DNA from: an uncultured Gammaproteobacteria bacterium
GTDB taxonomy: Bacteria; Patescibacteriota; Microgenomatia; Levybacterales; GWA1-39-11
Direction of reading: 5' to 3'
Length of the DNA: 64,000 nt
Assembly (NCBI GenBank): GCA_964452165.1
Contig: CAYVKP010000001.1
Location: 554,729-618,728, forward strand
Within the stretch, counting starts at the first letter, position 1, and each line of letters begins with the position of its first letter. This document shows, in pieces, positions 1 through 8,598 of the stretch. A model generated the notes under the pieces. The model did no database searches. It was not told where the DNA came from and saw only the letters and a program-made list of their open reading frames with translations. The position numbers and the translations under genes are program-made.

Positions 1-775
1 TGCAACGAGCATAATTGCCGAGGTTGCAAAAGAGGTAGGCGCCTTGACAGTTGCCGTTGTCACCAAACCTTTTCAATTTGAAGGAACGCGCAGAATGGTT
101 GCGGCAGAAGAGGGGATAGAGCTCTTAAAAGAGCGAGTAGACACGCTTATTGTTATTCCAAACCAGAGAATCCTTGAGGTTATCGACAAAAAGTTGTCTC
201 TTCTTGAAGCATTCAGAGTTGCCGATTCGGTCCTCAACCACGGAGTCCAGGGAATCTCAGACCTTATTACAATTCCTGGTCTTATTAACGTAGATTTTGC
301 AGACGTTAAGACTATCATGACAAGCGCAGGATCGGCTCTTATGGGAATTGGAATTGGGGTTGGTGAGAATAGAGCACAACTTGCAGCGCGTCAAGCAACT
401 TCCTCACCGCTTCTTGAAGTTTCAATGGAAGGCGCACGAGGAGTCTTGTTCAACATTATTGGTGGAACAGATCTTTCAATGTCTGAAGTGAATGAAGCAT
501 CAAAGATTATCTCCTCAGCTGCAGATCCTGATGCCAACATAATTTTTGGAGCAACAATTGACGAGAACCTTCATGATCAGATAAGAATAACCGTCATTGC
601 AACCGGATTTGATGAGTCCCGAAGAAAACTTAAGGAGATGGTTGAGAAAGAGGATAATTCGAGTCAGAATATGTTTGGTGGTGGCACCTCAACGCCTTCA
701 ACCCCGGCATCAAGTGGAAACGATGAGGAAGAAAGCATCTTCGACATCCCCGCCTTCCTCAGACAAAAAAATTAA
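1..775 (+). CDS. ftsZ: Cell division GTPase FtsZ, 3' portion (5' end lies outside the window)
   Basis: The translation from window position 2 reads ATSIIAEVAKEVGALTVAVVTKPFQFEGTRR...LIVIPNQRIL..., which is the conserved FtsZ core and C-terminal tail. The frame is open to the left edge. Confidence 0.85.
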   Translation, partial: ATSIIAEVAKEVGALTVAVVTKPFQFEGTRRMVAAEEGIELLKERVDTLIVIPNQRILEVIDKKLSLLEAFRVADSVLNHGVQGISDLITIPGLINVDFADVKTIMTSAGSALMGIGIGVGENRAQLAARQATSSPLLEVSMEGARGVLFNIIGGTDLSMSEVNEASKIISSAADPDANIIFGATIDENLHDQIRITVIATGFDESRRKLKEMVEKEDNSSQNMFGGGTSTPSTPASSGNDEEESIFDIPAFLRQKN

Positions 776-781
776 CCCTAT

Positions 782-1477
782 ATGAGTGGATTTGAAGATC
801 TAAGAAGAAAATCCGAGGCTAGTCAGGCCGCAAGGGCGGAAGCAAGTAGAAGGCCAAATGAACCTGTTGATCCCGTAGCATTTCATAGGGAGTTGCTTTT
901 GAGGTGGGGTAAAACCCAATTCCCGCCCGCATTGGGGGAATTGAAGAGATTAATTCAGAGCGGAGCTGTTGAATCCCCACCGGTAGCAAATAATAGCTCA
1001 TTCAGCCCAAAATTTTTCGATTTAAAATTAGCAGATCCTATTCAGTCAAGTCCAATGTCTCCCACTACCGATCTTAATCGAATTTACTTTTCGATGGCAA
1101 CAGTTTATCTGGGAAGTACCGGTAATTATACCGGTCCCGATTCTGACTTGCTTTCGATGTCTGACAGTCAGTATCGTTACAGCTTAAGCGCTGCCTATTC
1201 CTTCGCTATTTCGATGGACGGGGTAAGTAATGTAAGGATTGGCTACGGCGGTAGACGATACACAACCTGGTACGGTCGGGTTATGAGAGAGTCCAAGGGT
1301 GAGATTCTTATGCTTGACCAGTCAAAGCTAGATAACCGTGCAGAAATCGAAAGTTCGCTTGCCCAGGCAGTTATTTTACCAAGCCTTTCCGTGAATGAAG
1401 TTAGGAGTGGTGTTCCCGGCTGGAAACCTAGTCCACCGCCAGATTCAAGAAGCGAAGGATATCAACCCGGCATGTAA
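782..1477 (+). CDS. Hypothetical S/G/Y/P-rich protein (231 aa), co-directional and 6 nt downstream of ftsZ
   Basis: A long open frame with no stops for 695 nt. It has no SD and no recognisable motif, and its composition is atypical for this genome. Confidence 0.35.
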   Translation: MSGFEDLRRKSEASQAARAEASRRPNEPVDPVAFHRELLLRWGKTQFPPALGELKRLIQSGAVESPPVANNSSFSPKFFDLKLADPIQSSPMSPTTDLNRIYFSMATVYLGSTGNYTGPDSDLLSMSDSQYRYSLSAAYSFAISMDGVSNVRIGYGGRRYTTWYGRVMRESKGEILMLDQSKLDNRAEIESSLAQAVILPSLSVNEVRSGVPGWKPSPPPDSRSEGYQPGM

Positions 1478-1534
1478 AAAAGCAAGAAGGTCAATAGCGA
1501 GTTATTTTACAAAGTGGTATTATAGTCGGACCTC

Positions 1535-2200
1535 ATGATTGATCTCTCACAAATAAAAATCACGCGTTCGCGACGTAAAACCCTGGCTCTTCATTTTATT
1601 CCTGACGGAACAATAGAAGTGAGAGCTCCAAATTTAATCCCAAAATTTTTAATAAACGACTTTATCAAGAAGAATAGCGATTGGATAGAAAAGAAGCTTG
1701 GTATGGTCAAAAAGAGTAGGCCGGCGACAAGAAAATACATAGACGGTGAACTGTTCGATTATCTGGGTAAACAGTATGCATTACAAACCGGAAATTACGT
1801 TCGCATAGAAATAAAAGGTGACAAGCTTCTTTTCCCAAAAGTTTTATTGTTCCGGGTAAAAAAAGAATTGGAGAATTGGTACCTGCGACAGGCAAAGGCA
1901 GTAATCATCGAGCAAGCCAACTCGATTGCAAAAGAAATGGGAACATCATTTAAATCGATTAAATTGTCGGAAACGAAGTCCAAGTGGGGATCATGTACGC
2001 ATGATAACAGGTTGCAGTTTAATTGGAAGTTGATCATGACCCCAATTCTAGTCTTGCGATATGTTGTTATCCACGAACTTTCTCATACAATTGAGAAAAA
2101 TCACTCTCGCAAGTTTTGGAGCCGCGTTGCAGCATTTAACCCGTCGTTTAAGCAGCAAATCAAATGGCTAAGAGAACACGGGGGAAATTTATCTATATGA
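1535..2200 (+). CDS. YgjP/DUF45-like zinc metallohydrolase (HExxH)
   Basis: VVIHELSHTIEKNHSRKFW is an HEXXH motif in the context typical of the DUF45/WLM (YgjP) family. An extended -10 (TGGTATTAT, 1515-1523) lies 11 nt before the ATG. Confidence 0.6.
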   Translation: MIDLSQIKITRSRRKTLALHFIPDGTIEVRAPNLIPKFLINDFIKKNSDWIEKKLGMVKKSRPATRKYIDGELFDYLGKQYALQTGNYVRIEIKGDKLLFPKVLLFRVKKELENWYLRQAKAVIIEQANSIAKEMGTSFKSIKLSETKSKWGSCTHDNRLQFNWKLIMTPILVLRYVVIHELSHTIEKNHSRKFWSRVAAFNPSFKQQIKWLREHGGNLSI

Positions 2201-2208
2201 AGGCCTTT

Positions 2209-2229
2209 AAAAAGCAAAAAGGTCCATCT
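2209..2229. repeat. 21-nt exact direct repeat, copy 1 (aaaaagcaaaaaggtccatct)
   Basis: Identical to the 21-mer at 3166-3186. Similarity extends to about 27 of 29 nt. Confidence 0.8.
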
Positions 2230-2235
2230 CGTAGG

Positions 2236-3147
2236 TCAATTTTCCCAAAGGTCGACCCTGTCAATCCTTTGGTAATCTTCCGGAGGTAAGATGTATGCAT
2301 CCGTTAAGCTTCCGTCAAATGACATGAATGGTTTCTTGCGTTCCTCAAGTCTATAGTTGTAGTAATTAAATCCAATATTTCGAAAGTATTGTGCGTCACC
2401 TATGCCATTGCATACTACTTCCTGCAACTTCAAAGATACGACTCTTTTATCATCTTCAGACATGTCTTTTAAGGATTCTGGGTCAACAGTAACATCTAAT
2501 AAGCTCTGAGCTGTCTCAACCTGAATTGCTATTCCGAGCTTTGAGCCTCGGTCATCTTGCGGTTGGGTTACAAAGGATGTGGTTTGTTCGCTCCCGTCCG
2601 GCAGGAGTTCAACTCTTGTAAAGGTAGAAAATTTTTTATAACCATCCGGTGCATATGAACTGTGCGGTGCACCCTCAGGTACTACAAACATTACGTGTTT
2701 TGAGGAATTTCGCGGTTTTATTTCTCCTGAGACGGTTACCTCATCACTGTCGTGTCTTTCCATCTCGTAATTCTCTATACGCTTTCCGCTAAAAGAATTC
2801 CACAAGCCTGATAGATGTTCGAACCCTTTCGGGTTCAGTTTCATGTGGTTGAAATTGTATACGTCAAAACCCCCCGCTTTGATGTGTTGAAAAGCTTTGT
2901 CTTTCATCTCTGGGTAAAGCTTCTGTATCTCGGGATCCATAACGGGGCGTTGAGCATTAGAATCAGGACTAAAGTATTTAGGATCGTGAGGTTTCTCTCC
3001 TACGGTCAGGCCGTGTTTTAGTATGGTTCTGTCGGCGATCCCTCCAATTATCGCCCCTCCGGTAGCTATTCCGGCATTCCAACCAATCTTCAAAAGAGTT
3101 CTTCGACTGAATCTGCCGGGTTGTTGTTCGCGTGGCTCCTCGGTCAT
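2236..3147 (-). CDS. Hypothetical exported protein with a twin-arginine (Tat-like) signal
   Basis: The N-terminus MTEEPREQQPGRFSRRTLLKIGWNAGIATGGAIIGGIA has an RR motif followed by a hydrophobic h-region. The rest has no known domain. Confidence 0.5.
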   Translation of the reverse strand: MTEEPREQQPGRFSRRTLLKIGWNAGIATGGAIIGGIADRTILKHGLTVGEKPHDPKYFSPDSNAQRPVMDPEIQKLYPEMKDKAFQHIKAGGFDVYNFNHMKLNPKGFEHLSGLWNSFSGKRIENYEMERHDSDEVTVSGEIKPRNSSKHVMFVVPEGAPHSSYAPDGYKKFSTFTRVELLPDGSEQTTSFVTQPQDDRGSKLGIAIQVETAQSLLDVTVDPESLKDMSEDDKRVVSLKLQEVVCNGIGDAQYFRNIGFNYYNYRLEERKKPFMSFDGSLTDAYILPPEDYQRIDRVDLWEN

Positions 3148-3162
3148 ATGCTTATTATAGCT

Positions 3163-3200
3163 CTAAAAAAGCAAAAAGGTCCATCTTGTGGACAGACCTT
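3163..3200 (-). terminator. Rho-independent terminator candidate for the 3315-3695 gene
   Basis: On the minus strand the hairpin AAGGTctgtCCAcaagaTGGACCTT is followed by TTTTTGCTTTTTT. Confidence 0.45.
3166..3186. repeat. 21-nt exact direct repeat, copy 2
   Basis: Same 21-mer as 2209-2229. The two copies bracket CDS 2236-3147, lying 7 nt past its stop and 19 nt before its start. Confidence 0.8.
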
Positions 3201-3314
3201 CGTGCTTAACTAACAGTAAAGTGAGTCCCTCAGAAATACTAGTAATCCCCTTGGCAAGTCCACGTATTGTACTTTTACGCGACATAATAAGCGTAAAGTA
3301 TTTTCACGGGTTTG

Positions 3315-3695
3315 TCAACTAAAAAGTTGCTGTTTGATTTGTGACCATATTTGCCCCAAGAAGCCCGCTTTTTTGTAGCCCTTCCATTCTTTCTTCTCTT
3401 GTGCGTCCAGAGTACCGGGGAGAGGAGGATCGCGCCATACAGAAAGAATTACCCACTCTCCTTTTTCGTTTTGCTTGGCAACGGCAGTAATTCTGTAACC
3501 TTCGAACTTTTTCTTATATTTGAAAGCGTCTTCCCTGTCTTTTTTGGTAGAGTCTGGTTTTACCAGAGTTTCAAAAACGTCATTCTTAATAATTCCTCTT
3601 CGCTCTATTTTTTGGGCAGCGTGATTGGTCAAAATAATTTCTGTATAGTCCATAAATATCATTTTACTACAGAAGGACGCGTTATGCCTGGACAA
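3315..3695 (-). CDS. Small DUF4258-like protein (possible orphan toxin-type domain)
   Basis: The NHAAQKIERRGI motif resembles the H-x(4)-R-x(2)-ERGI signature of DUF4258. No partner gene is adjacent. Confidence 0.35.
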   Translation of the reverse strand: MSRHNASFCSKMIFMDYTEIILTNHAAQKIERRGIIKNDVFETLVKPDSTKKDREDAFKYKKKFEGYRITAVAKQNEKGEWVILSVWRDPPLPGTLDAQEKKEWKGYKKAGFLGQIWSQIKQQLFS

Positions 3696-3966
3696 TTAAT
3701 TTATACAGGCATTTTTAAGCCTTTGTTCATAATAATTACTCGTATAACTAAATTGATCTGAGGCAAAAATATTTTAAAAAACACAAAAGTAGCCTATAGT
3801 CTAAATATTTAACCAAATGGTTAACCAATTTGAAGCTATTACAATTCAACTTAGCCTCAAGCAATTAGGTATGTTTTTTGGGCTTAAAATGTGATTTAGA
3901 CCGATTCTTCGGGCTTTATTGGCCAGTTTGTTGAATAAAGTAGCCTCTTGAGCTAAAATTGAAGCA

Positions 3967-6801
3967 ATGAGTTTTAAGCCCGTTTCGCCAAAAGTCAATT
4001 TCCCAGAACTTGAAGAAAGTCTGATCTCATATTGGAAAGAAAATAAAACCTTCGAAAAATCAGTAGAGAATCGGCCGGCTGAAAAACGTTGGAACTTTCT
4101 TGACGGTCCCCCTTTTGTGACAGGAGTCCCTCACTACGGATCACTTCTTTCAAGCATTCCAAAAGATGTGTTCGGCCGCTACTGGACAATGAAGGGTTAC
4201 CGGGTGCGCCGCGTCTGGGGCTGGGACGGTCACGGTTTGCCTATCGAAAACAAGGTTGAGACAGCCTTGGGAATTAAGTCGAAACGAGAGATTGAGGAGA
4301 AGGTTGGGGTCAAAACTTTTATAGATGAGTGTAAAAAGTATCTTAAAGTGACGTCGGCCGAGTGGGAATGGTACGTAGATCATGTTGGGCGTTGGGTTGA
4401 CTTTCAAAATGCCTATAAGACGTGGGACCGTGACTATATGGAGAGCGTTATGTGGGTATTTAAGCAAATGTATGACAAGGGTTATGTCTACAAAGGGCTT
4501 AAAAATTCGCTTTATTGTCCGCACTGTGCCACTCCAATTTCAAACTTTGAGGTTGCGATGGATGCTGACAATTACAAAGAAGTGCCTGATGCGGCAACAA
4601 CCTACAAATACGAGCTGGCAGATGAGCCCGGCACATACGTTTTGGCCTGGTCAACGACTCCCTGGAACAAGATTGTGACTCCTGCTCTGGCCATAAACCC
4701 CAAGTTTATCTATGTGAAAGTCAAGCAAGGCGATGAGAATTACATTCTGGCTGAAAGTACCATAAAAATGCTCAAGGAAGATCCAAGGTTCGAAATAATC
4801 GAAAAGATAAAAGGAAGAGACCTTATCGGTAAGAAATTTGTGCCTCACTATGATTACTACCCAATTGCAGAAGACGAGAAAGCATTTGAGCTTGTCGAGG
4901 GAGATTTTGTAACAGCCGAGGAGGGAACCGGCGTTGTTACCATTGCCGCGTTCGGAGAAGAAGACTTGAAAGTGATGCAAGAGCAGAATATTCACATTGA
5001 AATTCATGTGGACGAGGAGGGCCATATAAAGCCGGATGTACCAAAGTTTGGTGGAATGTACTACCTTAAGGCAAATAAGGCCGTAAATGAGGACCTGGCG
5101 GCACGTAACCTGATATATGATGACCGTGAGGTGATGCATAATGTCCCTCTTTGCTGGCGATGTCACACAAGGCTTTATAATGCCGCAATCAATGCTTGGT
5201 ATGTAAACGTTCAAACATTAAAGCCCTTAATGCGCGAAACGAACGAGAAAGTTAATTGGTATCCTGCGCACTTTAAACATGGAAGATTTTTAAAGAGCCT
5301 TGAGTTCGCTCCTGACTGGAATATTTCAAGGAATCGCTATTGGGGGTCTCCGGTTCCCGTTTGGGAGTGTGAGAGCTGTCATGAGCGATTTGTCCCTGGA
5401 TCGATTGCGCAACTTGAGGAGGCGTCAGGAGTAACTGTCGGCGAATTACATAGGCCTGAGATTGATGACGTTATGGTTAAGTGTAAAAAGTGCGGCGGAA
5501 AATCCGTTCGAACACCTGAGGTCTTGGATTCATGGATTGAGGCAGGAAGCGCAGCTTTTGCCGAGCGCCATTTCCCCTTCAATACTTCTGAAAAATTAGA
5601 AGATTTCTTCCCTCCCGATTTTATAGAAGAATATACGGGTCAAATTCGCGCCTGGTTTTATGTCCAGCATGTAATTGGTGCTGCCCTGTATAAATCTCCG
5701 GCGTTTAAGAACGTTTCTGTCACCGGAGTAATTCTTGGGACTGACGGGCGAAAAATGAGTAAGAACTATGGAAACTATCCGGATCCAAAGCAATTAATCT
5801 CAACATATGGCGGAGATGCTCTTCGTCTATATCTTCTTGGCTCACCGGTCATGAACGGTGAAGACATTTTAATTTCAGAGGATCAATACAAAATGCAGGT
5901 CAGAGGAACGCTTCTGATACTGTGGAATGTTTACAATTTCTTTGTTTCTTATGCAAATATTGACAACTGGGAGAAAAGCTTGGCTGTCAAAGAAAGTTCA
6001 AACGTCTTAGATGCCTGGATTTTATCATTAACCAATAGGTTAACTAAAGAAATCACGCATGATTTGGATTCTTACGATACCGTTAGCGCAGTCAACAAGC
6101 TCGGATCTTTTGTTAACGATCTTTCAACTTGGTATATTCGCCGTTCTCGTGATAGGGTGGGGCCAACAGCTGAGAGCAAGGAGGATAAAAACGCGTTCTA
6201 TTCCGTCTGCTTTGAGGTTCTAGTTCGTCTCTCTCAAGTAGCGGCACCGCTTGCTCCATTTATCTCGGAGGAAATCTATCGAAACTTAACCGGTGAGGAA
6301 TCGGTTCATCTGTCCGACTGGCCAAAATTTGACGACAGTTTTATTGATGCGGATCTTGAACAAGAAATGAGAGATGCGGCTCAGATTGCATCGGCAATCC
6401 TTGCCAGGAGAAAAAATGCTCAGGTTGCAGTTCGCATTCCACTAAGAAAACTTTCGTACGAAGGTCCAAGTGAGTTTTCTGAGGATATTCTTAAAGTGGT
6501 AAGCGATGAAGTAAATATTTACCAGCTTGAATACGAGGGTAAAGCCGATCTTTTTATGTCAGAAGGCGAACTGTCAGAGCTGATAGATCCGGCAAATCAG
6601 GACGTTGATGCAGGTGAAGCGAGGGATATAATTCGCAAGATTCAAGCGGAGCGTAAAAACTTAGGAACTGCTCTTGATGAAAAGGTCAATGTTGAACTTC
6701 CCTCATGGCCTCAAGAATTCGAATCTGAAATCAAAAGAAAAGCGCTTATTAACGAACTTAAAAAATCTGATGCTTTTAAGGTGACGCGCGTTAATGCATA
6801 A
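3967..6801 (+). CDS. ileS: Isoleucine--tRNA ligase
   Basis: WNFLDGPPFVTGVPHYGSLL matches the HIGH-class motif region, WGWDGHGLPIE is IleRS-typical, and KMSKNYGN is the KMSKS motif. Length is 944 aa. Confidence 0.85.
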   Translation: MSFKPVSPKVNFPELEESLISYWKENKTFEKSVENRPAEKRWNFLDGPPFVTGVPHYGSLLSSIPKDVFGRYWTMKGYRVRRVWGWDGHGLPIENKVETALGIKSKREIEEKVGVKTFIDECKKYLKVTSAEWEWYVDHVGRWVDFQNAYKTWDRDYMESVMWVFKQMYDKGYVYKGLKNSLYCPHCATPISNFEVAMDADNYKEVPDAATTYKYELADEPGTYVLAWSTTPWNKIVTPALAINPKFIYVKVKQGDENYILAESTIKMLKEDPRFEIIEKIKGRDLIGKKFVPHYDYYPIAEDEKAFELVEGDFVTAEEGTGVVTIAAFGEEDLKVMQEQNIHIEIHVDEEGHIKPDVPKFGGMYYLKANKAVNEDLAARNLIYDDREVMHNVPLCWRCHTRLYNAAINAWYVNVQTLKPLMRETNEKVNWYPAHFKHGRFLKSLEFAPDWNISRNRYWGSPVPVWECESCHERFVPGSIAQLEEASGVTVGELHRPEIDDVMVKCKKCGGKSVRTPEVLDSWIEAGSAAFAERHFPFNTSEKLEDFFPPDFIEEYTGQIRAWFYVQHVIGAALYKSPAFKNVSVTGVILGTDGRKMSKNYGNYPDPKQLISTYGGDALRLYLLGSPVMNGEDILISEDQYKMQVRGTLLILWNVYNFFVSYANIDNWEKSLAVKESSNVLDAWILSLTNRLTKEITHDLDSYDTVSAVNKLGSFVNDLSTWYIRRSRDRVGPTAESKEDKNAFYSVCFEVLVRLSQVAAPLAPFISEEIYRNLTGEESVHLSDWPKFDDSFIDADLEQEMRDAAQIASAILARRKNAQVAVRIPLRKLSYEGPSEFSEDILKVVSDEVNIYQLEYEGKADLFMSEGELSELIDPANQDVDAGEARDIIRKIQAERKNLGTALDEKVNVELPSWPQEFESEIKRKALINELKKSDAFKVTRVNA

Positions 6802-7876
6802 TTTCTCAATTAATAGGCTTAATTTCTCCCTACTTGCTCCGGCAATTCTTGTTGTTGCCATAGGACTTGCATCTTTTTATTCAATCGACACCCAGGTTTT
6901 TAAGCAACAACTATTATTTTTAGTATTTTCGTTGTTCGTTTACGTTTTCTTTCTCAACGTTGACTACCGAATATTTGCTTTCTTCAATAAGTATATGTAC
7001 TTTACTATGATTGCGGCATTGCTTTTGTTGTTCGTGATCGGAATTGAGGCTAGGGGTGCCGTACGCTGGATTGATATTTTTGGTGTAAGACTACAGTTCT
7101 CCGAGATCATTAAGCCCTTTTTTATAATATTCATCGCGCAGTTTTTAACCCGCGATAATAAAAAAAGCTTTTCAAAATTTGTTACCGCACTTCTTTTGAC
7201 TCTTCCAATCTTTTTGTTGACATTGAAACAGCCGGATTTGGGAAATGCACTTATATATCTTTTTACTGTGGGGTTTATGCTTTTTGTTTACGGTTTTCCC
7301 TGGTCCTATTTTCTGGCAGTGTTAGTTCCGGTACTGGTCCCTTTGCCCATACTTTTTAACTTGCTTGCTCCCTACCAAAAAGATAGACTTTTGACATTTG
7401 TTAATCCAACGCGGGATCCTTTTGGATCTTCCTACAACGCTGTTCAGTCTTTAATTTCTATCGGCAGCGGGGGATTTTTTGGTAAAGGTTTTGGTCAGGC
7501 AACCCAATCCATATTGAAGTTTCTGCCCGAACGCCATACGGATTTTATCTTTGCTACAATCTCTGAGAGTCTGGGATTTGTGGGTGCGTCCTTTTTGATT
7601 GTCCTTTATGGGTTTTTGTTGGTTAGAATTTACAAAATTGCACAGGACGTTAGCGATGAGTTTACAAGAATGGTGCTTTTTGGATTTTATTTTCTTCTTC
7701 TGACGCATATTTTTCTTAACATAGGAATGAATGTTGGGATTGTTCCGATTGTTGGAATTACTCTTCCATTCGCATCATACGGAGGAAGCTCTCTTTTAAC
7801 TTCATTTATCATGCTCGGGATAATATCTTCAATTAAATTTGATCACTCTCGCCACAAAAGCCTGGAAATAAGGTAA
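6794..7876 (+). CDS. SEDS-family peptidoglycan glycosyltransferase (FtsW/RodA)
   Basis: Polytopic membrane protein carrying the C-terminal signature GIVPIVGITLPFASYGGSSLLTSF. Confidence 0.8.
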   Translation: MHNFSINRLNFSLLAPAILVVAIGLASFYSIDTQVFKQQLLFLVFSLFVYVFFLNVDYRIFAFFNKYMYFTMIAALLLLFVIGIEARGAVRWIDIFGVRLQFSEIIKPFFIIFIAQFLTRDNKKSFSKFVTALLLTLPIFLLTLKQPDLGNALIYLFTVGFMLFVYGFPWSYFLAVLVPVLVPLPILFNLLAPYQKDRLLTFVNPTRDPFGSSYNAVQSLISIGSGGFFGKGFGQATQSILKFLPERHTDFIFATISESLGFVGASFLIVLYGFLLVRIYKIAQDVSDEFTRMVLFGFYFLLLTHIFLNIGMNVGIVPIVGITLPFASYGGSSLLTSFIMLGIISSIKFDHSRHKSLEIR

Positions 7877-7899
7877 AGAATTTGATAGAATACATCTTT

Positions 7900-8253
7900 A
7901 TGGAATACGTAGTCTTTGAAACAGGCGGAAAACAATACAAGGCAGCACCCGGTCAAATCGTTAGCGTTGACCATATCGGTGGTGACAAGGCGCTTTCATT
8001 TGATAAGGTTTTGCTTCACGTAAAAGACGGTGAAGTCAATATTGGTAAGCCATATCTTACCGGTATTGTGGTTGACGCAAAGCTGGTTGAAGAAAAGCGC
8101 GGACCAAAAACTAGAGTCTCACGTTTTACTGCAAAATCTCGTCACAGAAGAGTTATTGGACATAGATCTCTGATCTCAATGGTGCAGATTGAGAAAGTTT
8201 CAAAACAGGCAAGTTCTGATGTAAAACCCACTGTTAAGACAAGTAAAAAGTAA
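7900..8253 (+). CDS. rplU: 50S ribosomal protein L21
   Basis: MEYVVFETGGKQYKAAPGQIVSV... is the L21 signature. The ATG at 7900 is preferred over the upstream TTG at 7882. Confidence 0.85.
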   Translation: MEYVVFETGGKQYKAAPGQIVSVDHIGGDKALSFDKVLLHVKDGEVNIGKPYLTGIVVDAKLVEEKRGPKTRVSRFTAKSRHRRVIGHRSLISMVQIEKVSKQASSDVKPTVKTSKK

Positions 8254-8278
8254 ATAGTTCTGATCTATTTTTATACTC

Positions 8279-8307
8279 TTGACTTATGTGAAACTGATGA
8301 GTAAAAT
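8279..8307 (+). promoter_or_regulatory. Sigma70-like promoter candidate upstream of rpmA (TTGACT-17-TAAAAT)
   Basis: TTGACT at 8279-8284, a 17-nt spacer, then TAAAAT at 8302-8307, 40 nt before the rpmA ATG. Confidence 0.3.
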
Positions 8308-8346
8308 AAATTCACTTTTCACGAAAGTAGAAATTTTCATTTAAAT

Positions 8347-8598
8347 ATGGCACATACAAAATCACAAGGAGCAGTAAGAGGAAACAGAGATTCAGTATCC
8401 AAAAGGCTTGGACTTAAGGTGTATGCCGGACAGTCCGTCACAGCTGGGGCAGTAATTCTAAGGCAAAGAGGTAGTAAAATGTATCCAGGAAAAAGCGCGT
8501 ACATGGGTAATGATTTTACGATTCATGCCGCAACTAAAGGAAAAGTCACTTTTAGATTAGCCCGAGGCAAAAAATTAGTTGATGTTGTTAAAAACTAA
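8347..8598 (+). CDS. rpmA: 50S ribosomal protein L27
   Basis: MAHTKSQGAVRGNRDSVSKRLGLKVYAGQ... is the canonical L27 N-terminus. Confidence 0.85.
   Translation: MAHTKSQGAVRGNRDSVSKRLGLKVYAGQSVTAGAVILRQRGSKMYPGKSAYMGNDFTIHAATKGKVTFRLARGKKLVDVVKN

Noticed and set aside
782-1477. Possibility that the odd ORF after ftsZ is really a structured RNA such as RNase P RNA, tmRNA or SRP RNA
   Set aside because: I looked for the RNase P motifs GGAAAGTCCGG, GGGTGAAA and ACAGAACCCGGCTTA, for tmRNA tag-like ends and a tRNA-like 3' domain, and for the SRP domain IV GGAAGGAAGCAGC. None is present, and a 231-codon stop-free frame is unlikely by chance.
3696-3966. T-box riboswitch upstream of ileS
   Set aside because: Only a partial AATTAGG match was seen. 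The AGGGTGGNACCGCG T-box core, an AUC specifier loop in a recognisable Stem I, and the AG-bulge and distal-loop motifs could not be found by eye. Reported only as an unresolved structured leader.
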